DNA of 64,000 nt from Spirochaetia bacterium (GCA_965208575.1 CBDBOV010000005.1:96001-160000), one strand, 5' to 3'; counted from the first letter of the stretch, positions 10,523 through 21,320 are shown. Program-made: numbers and translations. The notes: a model not told the origin generated them from the sequence alone.

Positions 10523-11848
10523 TCAGTCGCGGCCGGCGGCGGCGCGGATGTTGGCGCGGGTGCCGGGCACGTCGAAGCAGGCGTACTGGTTGGCGCGCAT
10601 GATGCGGGTGGCGACCTCCATCGCCTGGCGCTCGGTCAGGTCGCCGGCGGCCACCTCGGCCGCCAGCGCCCGCCGGATGCCGCGGCGTGCCTGCTGCGCA
10701 TAGGCCAGGGCCGCGGTCGGCCACGTGGTGTCGCCGCCGAACGCGAACAGCTTGTTGATCGGCACCGCGTGGATGAAGCGGCGCAGGAAATCGCCGGCGC
10801 TGTAAGGGTCGATGCTCCACGCCCAGCACAGGTCGACCCAGATGTTGCGGTAGTGCTTGGCCAGGGCGGCCAGCTCGTCGCTGTACGGGTAGGCGATGTG
10901 CATCAGCACGAAGCGCGCCTCGGGATAGCGGGCAAACAGCGCGCACATGTTGCCGGCCGGGATGTAGGCGGTCGGCATGCGGTCGTTGCCGGCGTAGTAG
11001 CCGGTGTGGATCTTGAACGGCAGGTCGTGCTCGATCGCCAGCTCGATGCCGCGCGCCCAGCACCAGTCCCCGAGGCACAGGTGGGCGGCGGAGTCGACCT
11101 CCCCTGGAGCGGGCCGCAGCACCTTCTGCAGCGCCGCCTCCGCATCGGCATCGCTGCGCTCGCTCCAGGCCAGCGTGCGCGCATAGGCGTGCTGCGCCTT
11201 GACCGCGATCGCGCACGGCGCGTGGCGCGCGAAGATCACCTCCATGGCGCGCCGCAGCGAGGCCAGGCCGCCCACCTCGATGCCGGTCTCGGCGGCAACG
11301 GCGGGCACGTCGACGTCGCCCATGCAGAAGGTGAACCACGACAGGTCGTAGAGAAAGAACTCCGGGCCCGAGGCGTCCGGCGGGCACGGCCAGCGCAAGT
11401 CGTCGGTCTGCACCTGGTCGAGATTGGCGACGTCGTGCAGCAGCCGGTAGCGCTCACCGGGACGGCGCAGTTCGGCGGTGCGGCCCGCGGCGGCCGCCAG
11501 AGCGTCGGGGGTGATCTCCTCGAGGCCGTACACCTGGCTGGCGATCAGGCGCACCGCCTCGCCGTAGCCGGTGAACTGCGCAGCCTGCCACCCTGCCTCC
11601 ACGCCCCGGAAGCGGGCGGCGATGTCCGGGGCGGAGGCGTCCATGAGCCGCCGCATCGCCTCCCGGGACGCTCCCGCGGTGTGCAGGTCGGCGCGCACGT
11701 AGTTGTCGAACAGGTCCTGCAGAATGTCGGGCCCATCGTCCAGCCACTCCGACTCCCGCCGCAAGTGCTCGTGGGTGTCCACCAGCGGCGTCTGCTCGAC
11801 GTGCCTGGCCAGATCGGTGGTCAACTCCTTGTTCATCACGGGACTCAC
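10523..11848 (-). CDS. Amidohydrolase family protein
   Basis: DTHEH, KIHTG, LMH..YP, FGGD metal-binding motifs. Confidence 0.85.
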   Translation of the reverse strand: MSPVMNKELTTDLARHVEQTPLVDTHEHLRRESEWLDDGPDILQDLFDNYVRADLHTAGASREAMRRLMDASAPDIAARFRGVEAGWQAAQFTGYGEAVRLIASQVYGLEEITPDALAAAAGRTAELRRPGERYRLLHDVANLDQVQTDDLRWPCPPDASGPEFFLYDLSWFTFCMGDVDVPAVAAETGIEVGGLASLRRAMEVIFARHAPCAIAVKAQHAYARTLAWSERSDADAEAALQKVLRPAPGEVDSAAHLCLGDWCWARGIELAIEHDLPFKIHTGYYAGNDRMPTAYIPAGNMCALFARYPEARFVLMHIAYPYSDELAALAKHYRNIWVDLCWAWSIDPYSAGDFLRRFIHAVPINKLFAFGGDTTWPTAALAYAQQARRGIRRALAAEVAAGDLTERQAMEVATRIMRANQYACFDVPGTRANIRAAAGRD

Positions 11849-11854
11849 CTTACC

Positions 11855-12406
11855 TCAGATCGCTCCGGCGGCGGCCAGCAGGTCGGTAACGAGCCGGTCC
11901 AGTTCCGCCGCCGCACCGGCATCGCGCAGCGTTTCGCCCGCCAGAGCTTCGCTGGCGGAGGGCAGGCTGAATTGCCGGTCGAGCAGCGGCACGCGCATGT
12001 GTTCGAGCGCCAGCCGGAGCACCACCAGGCCACGCCGGCCGCCGCGCGGGCCGGGTGACGCGCTCAGCAGTGCGGTGGGGCGCACCCAGATGCCGCGATC
12101 GATGCGGGTAAGCCAGTCGATGGTGTTCTTCAGCAGCGCGGGAAAGGAGCCGTTGTACTCGGGCGAGGCGATCATCAGCCCATCCGCCGCCGCCACCTGC
12201 TCGCCGAGGGCGAGCGCCGGGCCGGGTACGCCGTTGGCGGTCTCGTAGTCGCCGTCGTACAAAGGCATCCGGTAATCGGCAAGGTCCAGGAACACCCCTT
12301 CGCCGCCGAGCGCCGGCACGCGCGCCGCAGCCGCCCGCGCCAGGCGCTTGTTGAGCGATTCCCGGCGCGCGCTCCCCGCCAAAACCACAATCCGCCGAGT
12401 CCCCAC
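11855..12406 (-). CDS. NADPH-dependent FMN reductase
   Basis: GSARRESLN, SPEYNGS..LKN.IDW, SASPG..GG. Confidence 0.9.
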   Translation of the reverse strand: MGTRRIVVLAGSARRESLNKRLARAAAARVPALGGEGVFLDLADYRMPLYDGDYETANGVPGPALALGEQVAAADGLMIASPEYNGSFPALLKNTIDWLTRIDRGIWVRPTALLSASPGPRGGRRGLVVLRLALEHMRVPLLDRQFSLPSASEALAGETLRDAGAAAELDRLVTDLLAAAGAI

Positions 12407-12495
12407 CGCACACCAGTATACCAGTCGAACTTGGGGCAGACCTCGCTTGGATCACCGGGTTGTATGGCTATATCAAGTCAGATATGTTGACTGCC

Positions 12496-12999
12496 ATGAA
12501 TCTGGTTGCTCGTCTGCGGCGACGCGCCGGTCTGACGCAGGCCGCATTGGCGGATTTGGGCGGCACTTCGCAACCAACGATCGCAGCGTACGAGACCGGA
12601 ACCAAGCGTCCGAGCTTGCGCACACTCGAACGGCTGGCCTCCGCCGCCGGTCTTGGTATCCATGTTGCGCTCGTTCCGCACATGACACGGGAAGATCGCC
12701 GTAGCCTGGCGCTGCACGAGAGGATCGCCGACAGGCTTCGCGCTGCTCCGGTCGAGACGCTGGCGCGGGCGGAGGCCAACCTCCGGCGCATGCGCGGCCT
12801 TCACCCAGGCGCATCCGCGCTGCTTGACGAGTGGGAACGCCTGCTGCACAGCTCCCCCGATGTACTGATGGACGCGCTCATGAACCCTGGCCTGCACTGT
12901 CGCGACCTGCGTCACGTTACGCCGTTCGCCGGTGTGCTGAGTGCGCCGGAGCGCGCTGCCGTGTACCGTGAGTTCCGGCGCGACGAGATGCGGCGATGA
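12496..12999 (+). CDS. XRE/HTH protein, probable antitoxin
   Basis: RRRAGLTQAALA..GTSQPTIAAYETG HTH; C-terminal R..PFAGVL...ER; ATGA overlap with a truncated partner. Confidence 0.75.
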   Translation: MNLVARLRRRAGLTQAALADLGGTSQPTIAAYETGTKRPSLRTLERLASAAGLGIHVALVPHMTREDRRSLALHERIADRLRAAPVETLARAEANLRRMRGLHPGASALLDEWERLLHSSPDVLMDALMNPGLHCRDLRHVTPFAGVLSAPERAAVYREFRRDEMRR

Positions 13000-13070
13000 A
13001 GCGCGCCCAGTTCGAGCATGCGGTCCGGGCAGCGGCCGCGGTCGCCGGGGAGCGGTCTTACAGCACGTAG
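12996..13070 (+). pseudogene. N-terminal stub of the partner gene (resembles DUF6036-type nucleotidyltransferase starts), cut off by the ggt 3' end
   Basis: MKRAQFEHAVRAAAAVAGER is translationally coupled to the HTH gene and runs into the convergent ggt stop. Confidence 0.5.
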
Positions 13071-14758
13071 GTCGCGCCGGCCGAGCCGGGTTTCGCCGGG
13101 CCGCCGCTGATGCCGATGGGAGTGCCGTCGGCCCGCCAGCATGCCGCGCCGTGAATCAGCCCCCGGCCGTGGTCGAACCGTACGCCGTTCATGCCGCCGG
13201 CTACGCGGGGGACGACCTGCAACTCGTGGCCCATACCGCGCAGTCGTTCGCGGGTCGCCTCGGCGATGCCTGGTTCGACTTGCAGTTCCTGCCCCTGAGT
13301 CCAGACGCGCGGTGCTTCGACCGCTTCCTGCAGCGTCATGCCGAAGTCGATCACGTTGACGATCGCCTGCAGCACGGATGGGAAGATTCGCGTGCCGCCG
13401 GGCGTGCCGAGCGCCATGAACGGCGTGCCATCCTGCAGGACGACGGTCGGCGACATGCTGCTGAGCATGCGCTTGCCGGGCGCGACGGAGTTGGCGTTGC
13501 CGGGGTGCGGGTCGAACAGCGCCATGGTGTTGTTGAGGAGCAGGCCGGTGCCGGGCACGGTGACGCTGGAGCCGAACAGCTCGTTGATGGTCTGCGTCAT
13601 GGCTACCACGTTGCCCTGGTCGTCGGCCACGGTGAGGTGAGTGGTGTTGCCTGACTCGCCGCCGAACGCCGCCGGATCGCCGGCGCTGTGCGTGGATGGG
13701 CGGCTGCGGTCAATGTCGCCGCGGCGGACGCCGGCGTACTCCTTGGACGTGAGGCCGGCGATCGGCATGTGCACGAACGCCGGATCGGCCATGTACTCGA
13801 ACCGGTCGGCGTACGCGACCGTCATTACCTCGGAGAGCAGGTGGACGTACGCCGCGGTGCCGAATCCCAGGGCGGCGACGTCGAACGCCTCGAGCAGGTT
13901 GAGCATCTGCACGATGTGGGTGCCGCCGCTGCTGGTGGGGGGCGCCGACACGATCTCGTAGCCGCGGTAGGTGCCGCGCACCGGCACGCGGTCTTGAATC
14001 TCGTACTCGCGCAGGTCCTGCAGCGTGACGAGCCCGCCACCGGCCGCCATCTCCTCGGCAACCGCCGCGCCGAGGGCACCGCCGTAGAGCACGTCCGGCC
14101 CGTGCGCGGCGATCAGCTCCAGGCTCGCGGCCAGATCCTCCATGACGATCACGTCACCCGGTGAGGGCACCGCGCCCCCCGGCAGGAACAGGGCCGCGGT
14201 GGCGGCGAACGCGGCGAGGTCCTCCCGGCTGTCCCTTATGCAGTCGACCAGGTAGCGGCTGGCGGGGAACCCGTGCCGCGCGCGGCGGATGGCCGGCTGC
14301 ATGACCACATCCAGGCCCAGGCGGCCGTGCCGGTCCGCGATCTCGCACCACGCCTTGAGATTGCCGGGCACCCCGACCGCGAGATGGCCGACCTTGTTCC
14401 TGCGGCCCACCGTCTCCATGTAGTCGGGCCAGACGTCGGACACCGGTTCGAACATGTCCGGCGTAGCGCCGCCCGGCGCGGTGGAGTAGTTGTCGATGAC
14501 GGTGCACTCGCCGGTGGCGCCGTGATGGATGGTGACGAAGCCGGCTCCGAACGGTCCGACCATCATCGGCTCGACCACGCTCAGCGCGAACGCGGTGGCC
14601 ACCGCCGCGTCGAAGGCATTGCCGCCGAGCGCCAGCATCTCGGCGCCGGCCGCCGACGCAAGGGGATGGTTGGAGGCGACCATGCCGCGCGATGCCGTGC
14701 CGCCCCGCTTGAGCAGATCGAAGGTGCTTCCAGCACTGTCGCGCCACGAGCGCTTCAT
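13058..14758 (-). CDS. ggt: Gamma-glutamyltransferase
   Basis: GGNAFDAAVA, catalytic TTHLTV, LNNTM, PGKRMLSSMSPT, GTPGG. Confidence 0.93.
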   Translation of the reverse strand: MKRSWRDSAGSTFDLLKRGGTASRGMVASNHPLASAAGAEMLALGGNAFDAAVATAFALSVVEPMMVGPFGAGFVTIHHGATGECTVIDNYSTAPGGATPDMFEPVSDVWPDYMETVGRRNKVGHLAVGVPGNLKAWCEIADRHGRLGLDVVMQPAIRRARHGFPASRYLVDCIRDSREDLAAFAATAALFLPGGAVPSPGDVIVMEDLAASLELIAAHGPDVLYGGALGAAVAEEMAAGGGLVTLQDLREYEIQDRVPVRGTYRGYEIVSAPPTSSGGTHIVQMLNLLEAFDVAALGFGTAAYVHLLSEVMTVAYADRFEYMADPAFVHMPIAGLTSKEYAGVRRGDIDRSRPSTHSAGDPAAFGGESGNTTHLTVADDQGNVVAMTQTINELFGSSVTVPGTGLLLNNTMALFDPHPGNANSVAPGKRMLSSMSPTVVLQDGTPFMALGTPGGTRIFPSVLQAIVNVIDFGMTLQEAVEAPRVWTQGQELQVEPGIAEATRERLRGMGHELQVVPRVAGGMNGVRFDHGRGLIHGAACWRADGTPIGISGGPAKPGSAGATYVL

Positions 14759-14763
14759 CGGAG

Positions 14764-15972
14764 CTACTTCAGCGCCTGGAATGCCTTCGCGGTTGCCGCG
14801 AGCGCCTGTTCGATGTCGGCTTCGGTGTGCGCGGTCGACAGGAACATGTTGTGCCAGGGGTGCAGGTAGACGCCCTGGTGCAGGGCGTGGGTGCAGAACG
14901 CCTTGCCCTTTTCACGGTTCGGGTCGTCCTCGAACATCACGGTGGGCATCTGCGGCGGGCCGCTCTGGCGGATCGCGTGGCCGTAGCGGGCGGACTGCTC
15001 GGCGAGGCCGTCGCGGAACAGCCCACCGAGGCGCTCCATCAGCGCCGGGGCGTCCACCTCGGCGAGCAGGTCGAGCGTCTCGATGGCCGCCGCCAGCGGC
15101 GCCGCCTGGTACCAGAACGACCCGGTCACGAAGATCGACTCGGCCGCTTCCCGGTAGGGATCGCTGCCGAGGATGGCGGCCAGCGGCTCGCCGTTGGCGA
15201 TCGCCTTGCCCCAGGCCGACAGGTCGGGCTGCACTCCCAGCAGCGACCAGCTCGCATCCAGGGACAGGCGCAACCCGGCGCGCACGTCGTCCAGGATCAG
15301 CGCCGCACCCTCGGCGTCGCAGATGGCGCGCGCCGTGCGGGCGAAGGCCGGGTCGGGCAGCTCCTGGTGGTAACCGGCGTCGTGCCGGAACGCCGACACC
15401 ACGACGCCGGCGAGGTCGCCGGACACCGCCGCGGCAGCCGCGGCCAGGCTGTCGGCGTCGTTGTAGGTGTACCTCGGAAACAGAGCGTGCTCCTCGGCCG
15501 GCGTGCCGGGCGACATGCGGTTCGCCCACGGCTGCGCACCGTGGTAGGCGCCGGCCGCGACCAGGATGTTGCGCTTTTCGCTCTTCGCGCGCGCCACCAT
15601 GTTGCACACGGTGGTGGCGTCGTTGCCGTTCTTGGCGAAGATCGCCCAGTCGGCGTGGCTCACCTGGCCGACGAAGCGCTCGGCCAGGGCGACGATGGCC
15701 GGCGGCGGGCCGTTGGCGATGTCGAGCAGATCGCGCTGCGCCTCGGCCGCGGCGGCGATGCGCGGGTTGCCGTAGCCGGCGATCATCGGGCCGTACGCGC
15801 ACATGAAGTCGATGTACTCGTTGCCGTCCACGTCCCACAGGCGGCAGCCGTCGGCGCGATGAAAATACTGCGGATAGCCCGCCGGCATCTTCCGGTTCAC
15901 CGACATGTGGCCGTACATGCCGCCGGGGATCACGCGCTCGGCGCGTGTTCGAAGTGCTGCGTCGTCGTGCAT
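14764..15972 (-). CDS. Class III PLP aminotransferase (GSA-aminomutase-like)
   Basis: LWDVDGNEYID, YHG, LILDDVRAG, WGKAIANG. Confidence 0.88.
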   Translation of the reverse strand: MHDDAALRTRAERVIPGGMYGHMSVNRKMPAGYPQYFHRADGCRLWDVDGNEYIDFMCAYGPMIAGYGNPRIAAAAEAQRDLLDIANGPPPAIVALAERFVGQVSHADWAIFAKNGNDATTVCNMVARAKSEKRNILVAAGAYHGAQPWANRMSPGTPAEEHALFPRYTYNDADSLAAAAAAVSGDLAGVVVSAFRHDAGYHQELPDPAFARTARAICDAEGAALILDDVRAGLRLSLDASWSLLGVQPDLSAWGKAIANGEPLAAILGSDPYREAAESIFVTGSFWYQAAPLAAAIETLDLLAEVDAPALMERLGGLFRDGLAEQSARYGHAIRQSGPPQMPTVMFEDDPNREKGKAFCTHALHQGVYLHPWHNMFLSTAHTEADIEQALAATAKAFQALK

Positions 15973-16049
15973 GGTTCCAACTCCCCCGCCGTGCGAGCGG
16001 GCATGCCTACCATACCCCGGCCGTGCTCCATGACAACAGCTACCAGCTA

Positions 16050-16937
16050 CTACGCGCCGGTGGCCCCGATGCGTCCGCCGCCACCCCTGAGCCGCGGGTC
16101 GAGCAGGTCGCGCAGCGCATCGCCGAACATGTTCAGACAGTACACGGTAACCGTCAGGGCAAGACCCGGCCACAGCGCCAGCCATGGGGCGATCTCCATG
16201 AACTGGCGCCCTTCCCGGCTCAGCATGGCGCCCCAGCTCGGCACGCTCGGCGGCAGGCCGAAGCCGAGAAAGCTCAACGACGCCTCGCTGATGATCACGC
16301 CGCCGATGTTGATGGTGAATATGACGATCACCACCGGCGCGATATTGGGCAGCACATGGCGAACGAAGGTTCGCCATCCGGCGGAGCCGATCGACTGCGC
16401 CGCGTGGAAATAGGCGTTCTCCTTGATGTCGATGACGGCGCCTCTGACCGTTCTGGAGCCGACGATGCCTCCCGTTATCCCCAGCACCACTATTATCTGC
16501 AGCATGCCGCGCCCCACTATCGACATTACGGTGAGCAACAGGAGCAGTCCGGGAAAGGCCATCCAGGCGTCGACGAATCTCTGCACGGTCAGGTCCAGCT
16601 TGCCGCCGAAGAATCCGGAACTGCCGCCGATCAGCACCGCGACGACCACGTTCAGCGTGGTCGCCGCCAGGCCGACGATCAACGAAAGCCGGGCGCCGTG
16701 GATGAGGCGGCTCAGGAAGTCCCGCCCCACGTAGTCGGTGCCCAGGAGAAACTGCGCCGACGGGGCCTGCAGAATGTCTTCCGTGTGTGGCTCCATGTGG
16801 TCGTACGGCGCCAGAACGTCGGCAAGGATACCGACCAGAATCAGCATCAATATGATGATCCCGCAGACGCTGCCCAGCGGCTTCTCGCGCCACAGCCTGG
16901 TAAGGAAAGCAGCGGATGTGTCAGGTCCTCTAGGCAT
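16050..16937 (-). CDS. Peptide/nickel ABC permease (DppC-like), orphan
   Basis: LGTD..GRD, RHVLPN, EASLSFLGFG, DALRDLLDPR. Confidence 0.9.
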   Translation of the reverse strand: MPRGPDTSAAFLTRLWREKPLGSVCGIIILMLILVGILADVLAPYDHMEPHTEDILQAPSAQFLLGTDYVGRDFLSRLIHGARLSLIVGLAATTLNVVVAVLIGGSSGFFGGKLDLTVQRFVDAWMAFPGLLLLLTVMSIVGRGMLQIIVVLGITGGIVGSRTVRGAVIDIKENAYFHAAQSIGSAGWRTFVRHVLPNIAPVVIVIFTINIGGVIISEASLSFLGFGLPPSVPSWGAMLSREGRQFMEIAPWLALWPGLALTVTVYCLNMFGDALRDLLDPRLRGGGGRIGATGA

Positions 16938-17070
16938 AGCGGACCCTGGGGTCCAAATACGGATAGACGAGGTCGATCACCAGGTTGATCGCCACCACCG
17001 CGACGGCGAACAACAGGTTTATTCCAGACACCACCGGGTAGTCTCGCTCGCTGAGGGCGAGCACCATGAC
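16930..17070 (-). pseudogene. 3' remnant of a DppB-like permease
   Basis: Reads ..ERDYPVVSGINLLFAVAVVAINLVIDLVYPYLDPRVRYA*; 5' part is replaced by leader repeat 17074-17194. Confidence 0.8.
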
Positions 17071-17073
17071 CCG

Positions 17074-17194
17074 GCTCCCTCGCCTGCTCCCGCGGCCCGC
17101 GAGCCGACTATTCCGACGAGGGCGACAACAACTTCAGGTCGACGGCGGGCGATGAGCCAGCACGGCGTCGACCGCGGCCCCTGGTGCGGATGCG
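17074..17194 (-). repeat. 121-bp SBP-leader repeat, copy 1 (identical to 21364-21484)
   Basis: Exact direct repeat 4290 bp apart, containing a GGTCGACG/CGTCGACC stem. Confidence 0.9.
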
Positions 17195-17446
17195 CGGATT
17201 AATATGGTGCTCATGGTATTGCGTCGTCCCACATAAGCCGTTCTCCGACAGAGGAGCAGCCTATTCCACGCGCAACGAGCTGTCAAGTCGCGCGGAGCAC
17301 GATCCCCCCAGGTTGCTCAACCAAAGCGACCTGGTGCCGAGCTTCGACTCGATTCGCAGCCTGGCCCGTGACGAGTAGTACGTATCCGAGCCGAAGCCCA
17401 GGAAGCTCAGCGCCGCCTCCGACACAATCACTCCGCCCACCTCGGC

Positions 17447-18379
17447 TCAAGCCGACCGGGCACCAAGGGCGCCAAGACGCCCCGCACCGCCCCTGAGCCT
17501 CGGATCAAGCAGGTCCCTCACCGCATCGCCGAACATGTTCAGACTGTAAACGGTAATGGTCAGGCAAAGACCAGGCCAGAGGGCCAGCCATGGCGCCGAC
17601 TCCATGTACTGACGTCCTTCCCGGCTGAGCATGGCACCCCAGTCGGGAATCTGGACTGGCAGACCGTATCCGAGGAAGCTCAGAGAAGCCGCACTGATAA
17701 TCGCCCCCCCGATGTTGATGGTGAATATGATGATTATGGGAGCCGCAATATTAGGAAGGACATGGCGGACAAGTGTTCTCCATTTTGAGCTGCCAATCGC
17801 CTCCGCCGCCTGAAAATAGACTTTCTCTTTGACGCCAATCACGGCACCTCTGACTACTCTCGAGCCGCCGATTCCTCCTGCTATCCCCAGAACCAATATT
17901 ATCTGTGGCAGACCCCGCCCCACTATGGACATTATGGTTAACAACAGGAGCAGTCCTGGAAAAGCCATCCAGGCATCGACAAATCTCTGGACGGCCATGT
18001 CCAGTTTACCGCCAAAGAATCCCGAGATGCCGCCTATCAGGATAGCCACCACGACATTGACAGTAGTCGCGGCCAGGCCGACAAGCAACGAAATGCGAGC
18101 GCCGTAGATAAGGCGGCTCAAGAGGTCTCGCCCGGCATGGTCGGTGCCCAGCAGATACCGGGTTGATGAGCCCTGCATCCTGTCTGCCAGGTGCGCTTCC
18201 CAGAATGGATAAGGAGCCAGAACATCGGCAAAGATCGCCACCAGAATCAATATCAATACAACGATCCCGCAGCCAGCACCTAGTGGCTGCTCCTTCCACA
18301 GCCTGTTAAGGAAATCAGCGAGCCCGGTACGTCGCTTTGGCTCACGTACTGCTGATGGTATCCCTAGAGCACCACTCAC
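17447..18379 (-). CDS. ABC permease (DppC-like), cassette 1
   Basis: Same motifs as 16050-16937; visibly lower GC. Confidence 0.92.
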   Translation of the reverse strand: MSGALGIPSAVREPKRRTGLADFLNRLWKEQPLGAGCGIVVLILILVAIFADVLAPYPFWEAHLADRMQGSSTRYLLGTDHAGRDLLSRLIYGARISLLVGLAATTVNVVVAILIGGISGFFGGKLDMAVQRFVDAWMAFPGLLLLLTIMSIVGRGLPQIILVLGIAGGIGGSRVVRGAVIGVKEKVYFQAAEAIGSSKWRTLVRHVLPNIAAPIIIIFTINIGGAIISAASLSFLGYGLPVQIPDWGAMLSREGRQYMESAPWLALWPGLCLTITVYSLNMFGDAVRDLLDPRLRGGAGRLGALGARSA

Positions 18380-18396
18380 ACTCGCTTTCTTCTCCT

Positions 18397-19398
18397 TTAT
18401 CTATAACGGACCGCGGGGTCCAAATAAGGATAAATCAGGTCGATCATGAGATTGATTCCAATAACCGCCGTGGCGAAGAGCAGGTTTATCCCGGAGACCA
18501 ACGGGTAGTCTCTGACTTGCAGTGCATCGAGCATGAGACGACCTAATCCTGGCAGATTGAAGATGTTCTCCATGATCACCGAGCCGCCTACCAGGATAGG
18601 CATTTGCAGTCCTATCAGGGTAACTACCGGGATGAGGGCATTCTTGACGGCGTGTCTCATAACAACGACCCGCTCCTTGAGTCCCTTGGACCAGGCCGTC
18701 CTGATATAGTCCTGCCTGAGCACCTCCAGCATCATGGTGCGGGTCATGCGCATGGTGGCTGCAGACAGGTAGGTCCCCAGAATCAGGCTGGGAATGAGGA
18801 ACATCCCCAGATTCCCCAGCGGGTCTTCGCGGAAAGGAATCAGCTGCATCGGTGGCGACCAACCCCACCAGATGACCGGGTAGATCATGACCATGATACC
18901 CAGCCAGAAGTTAGGCGTTGCCAGGCCAACGACGGCGATCGAGCGCCCCACGTAGTCGGCGACCGTATACTGGCGAATCGCCGAGTAGATGCCGACCGGC
19001 AGCGCTATCAAGAGCCCGATTGCGATCGCCAGAACACCAAGCTCAATGGTTACCGGCAATCTGGACAGTATCCTCTGCTGTACTGTTAAACCGCCAAGCA
19101 GTGATTCGCCAAGGGTGCCCTGGAGGATACCGTTGAAGTGGGACTCCTCGATCGTCGGGTCAGGGGTCGGCAACACTCCTATCCAGCGTCCATACTGCAC
19201 GTAGACCGGCACGTCCAATCCCAGCTTACGCTCAACAGCTTCACGGTCTATATCGCCGGCACCCATATACGCCAAATCTCCAACCATGACGTCGATGATA
19301 TCGCCGGGGATGAAGCGGACGGAGAGAAAGACGAGGATGGTCAATATCAACAAGGTGGGGATTATCAGCAATAACCGCCTGTTGATGTAGGCTCTCAT
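18397..19398 (-). CDS. ABC permease (DppB-like), cassette 1
   Basis: RLPVTIELG, TPNFWLG, DYIRTAWSKG, RDYP. Confidence 0.92.
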   Translation of the reverse strand: MRAYINRRLLLIIPTLLILTILVFLSVRFIPGDIIDVMVGDLAYMGAGDIDREAVERKLGLDVPVYVQYGRWIGVLPTPDPTIEESHFNGILQGTLGESLLGGLTVQQRILSRLPVTIELGVLAIAIGLLIALPVGIYSAIRQYTVADYVGRSIAVVGLATPNFWLGIMVMIYPVIWWGWSPPMQLIPFREDPLGNLGMFLIPSLILGTYLSAATMRMTRTMMLEVLRQDYIRTAWSKGLKERVVVMRHAVKNALIPVVTLIGLQMPILVGGSVIMENIFNLPGLGRLMLDALQVRDYPLVSGINLLFATAVIGINLMIDLIYPYLDPAVRYR

Positions 19399-19454
19399 GT
19401 GACAACCTGTCGTTTGGAGTCCCTCGGGCGGTCTCCTCGCAAAGAGATCTTGGG

Positions 19455-19500
19455 TGGGAGCTGGGAAGCTTGCCCCTCGTGGGGTTTACTCCCAGCTCCC
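19455..19500 (-). terminator. Intergenic stem-loop between SBP and permease genes
   Basis: GGGAGCTGGGA...TCCCAGCTCCC inverted repeat; related stem at ~28368-28409. Confidence 0.6.
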
Positions 19501-19535
19501 TTTTCCCTCATACAAGTCACAAGGGATGAAAACCC

Positions 19536-21320
19536 CTAATGACCCATTGCTTCCTTCAGCTCACTATCAATCCAGAGACGGGCCAGGATGGGAAGACGGT
19601 GCTGGCCGCCAAAGTGGACTTCTCCGTTATAACCTTCGACCCACGGCTGGACCGCCATGTACTTGCCGGCTTTTGGACCCCATAAGTACACATGCTTCTC
19701 TATCATGTACATATCTGCCTCCCTCGCCAGTCTCTGCTCCTCTGCAAGCGAGGCAGCGGATTCACCGGCTTCAATCATGGCGTCCAACTCAGCGTCCTTG
19801 AAGCTGGGAATGTTCCAAATTGACGTCGAGTGACCATTGTTGCGTAGAACCGGCACAGCACCATAAGGATGACTCCAGCCGGTAACTGCGCCAGCCATAC
19901 CTCCATAGTCCCCTCCTGTAAGCAGAGGGATAAGCTGAGGTCGGTCCATACCCCTGATCTCTACGTCAACGCCAATTGCCTTCCAGTATCCCGCGGCTAT
20001 TTCGGCGTACCCCAGATCTCCCTCACTGCTCCAGACCAAGGCAGTCTCGAAGCCATCGGGATAGCCAGCTTCCGCCAGAAGCTGCCGCGCCCGTTCCGGG
20101 TCATAGGCATAGTTTTTCTTGACCTCGTCCGGCCACTCGTCAAACGGCGTGTAGTATCCTTTGAGACCTTCCCCTACGGGCCCCTGAGGTTTCCACATCG
20201 CAGTGCCCTTGTAGTAGGTATCGTTAATGGTCTGTAGGTCCAACGCAATCTGCATCGCCTTGCGCACCCTGATGTCGTCAAACGGCGGCTTGGTGGTGTC
20301 AAGGGCGACAGAGTTTTCCGAACGATCCCACCACGGGACCAGATCGATTTCAGGGTCGGTCTTGCGGAGGCTATCAAGCACGTCGGCCGACACGATATCA
20401 GAGACCCCCGCAGGGAAACCCAGGAAATCGATCCTGCCGGAGCGCAGTCCCGCCAAGCGCGTGGCTTCCTCCATGATGAAAAGGCCCACTAACTTGTCAG
20501 TGTAAGGCAAGCGGTTTTGCGGGTACTTTTCGTCGAAGCCCCAGTAGTCTGGATTCCTGGTGTGGGTGATAGACGTACCTTGCACCCAGTCAGTCAGCTC
20601 ATAGGGCCCAGTGCCGACGAAGTTCCTCCAATCCGAAATGTCGCCGTGTTGTTCGATTACCTCGCGGGGCAATATAAATCCGATATGTACAACCATGATC
20701 TTATGCAGCGCACCGGGGTTTGGTTCCTTCAGCTTGAACTCCACCGTCCATTGGTCGGTGGCCGTTACCGATTCGGTCCCTATAGCCTCCAGAAGGGAAC
20801 CTGGCAAAGGCTCGGTGTAACCGCTGCCGAGTCCCCAGATACGGTGATAGTTGTACTCGATATCCTGGGCGGTCAGTTCGCGACCGTTCATCGGCGCCTT
20901 ATTATGCCAGTGAACGCCCTTGCGGATGTGGAACGTATAGGTGAGGCCGTCCGGGGAGATTTCCCAGCTTTCCGCCAATTGCCCGGCCGCGACGTCTACC
21001 GGGATATACTGGTTCGAGAAATCATATTGGTCCCTATCCACTGCCCAATTGGGGATAACCAGCTGCTCTGCAACGCCACCGATGGCCAGTCCTGCGCTGC
21101 CGTACACAAGGGTATCAGCACTCGGTGGCTCGAGCATGGTGGCGAAGGTCAAGGTCCCGCCATACTGCGGCGCGGTGACCATCTCGCCGGTGGTGGGGTC
21201 GGTCACCATCTCCTTCTCCATCGCCGCCGCCGGCTCCTCCTGTGCGGCAGCCGCCCAGGCTCCGGTTGCGGCCAGAACCAGGCCCGCCAGTACGGCGAGG
21301 CACGTTCTTGCATGATTCAT
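19536..21320 (-). CDS. ABC substrate-binding protein family 5, cassette 1
   Basis: Signal peptide, YGGTL, LAESW, GTGPY, DIRVRKAM, AGYPDG. Confidence 0.92.
   Translation of the reverse strand: MNHARTCLAVLAGLVLAATGAWAAAAQEEPAAAMEKEMVTDPTTGEMVTAPQYGGTLTFATMLEPPSADTLVYGSAGLAIGGVAEQLVIPNWAVDRDQYDFSNQYIPVDVAAGQLAESWEISPDGLTYTFHIRKGVHWHNKAPMNGRELTAQDIEYNYHRIWGLGSGYTEPLPGSLLEAIGTESVTATDQWTVEFKLKEPNPGALHKIMVVHIGFILPREVIEQHGDISDWRNFVGTGPYELTDWVQGTSITHTRNPDYWGFDEKYPQNRLPYTDKLVGLFIMEEATRLAGLRSGRIDFLGFPAGVSDIVSADVLDSLRKTDPEIDLVPWWDRSENSVALDTTKPPFDDIRVRKAMQIALDLQTINDTYYKGTAMWKPQGPVGEGLKGYYTPFDEWPDEVKKNYAYDPERARQLLAEAGYPDGFETALVWSSEGDLGYAEIAAGYWKAIGVDVEIRGMDRPQLIPLLTGGDYGGMAGAVTGWSHPYGAVPVLRNNGHSTSIWNIPSFKDAELDAMIEAGESAASLAEEQRLAREADMYMIEKHVYLWGPKAGKYMAVQPWVEGYNGEVHFGGQHRLPILARLWIDSELKEAMGH

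Noticed and set aside
14764-16893. 709-aa fusion ORF
   Set aside because: Only the last 402 aa are aminotransferase; the upstream part is an alternate frame of the permease.
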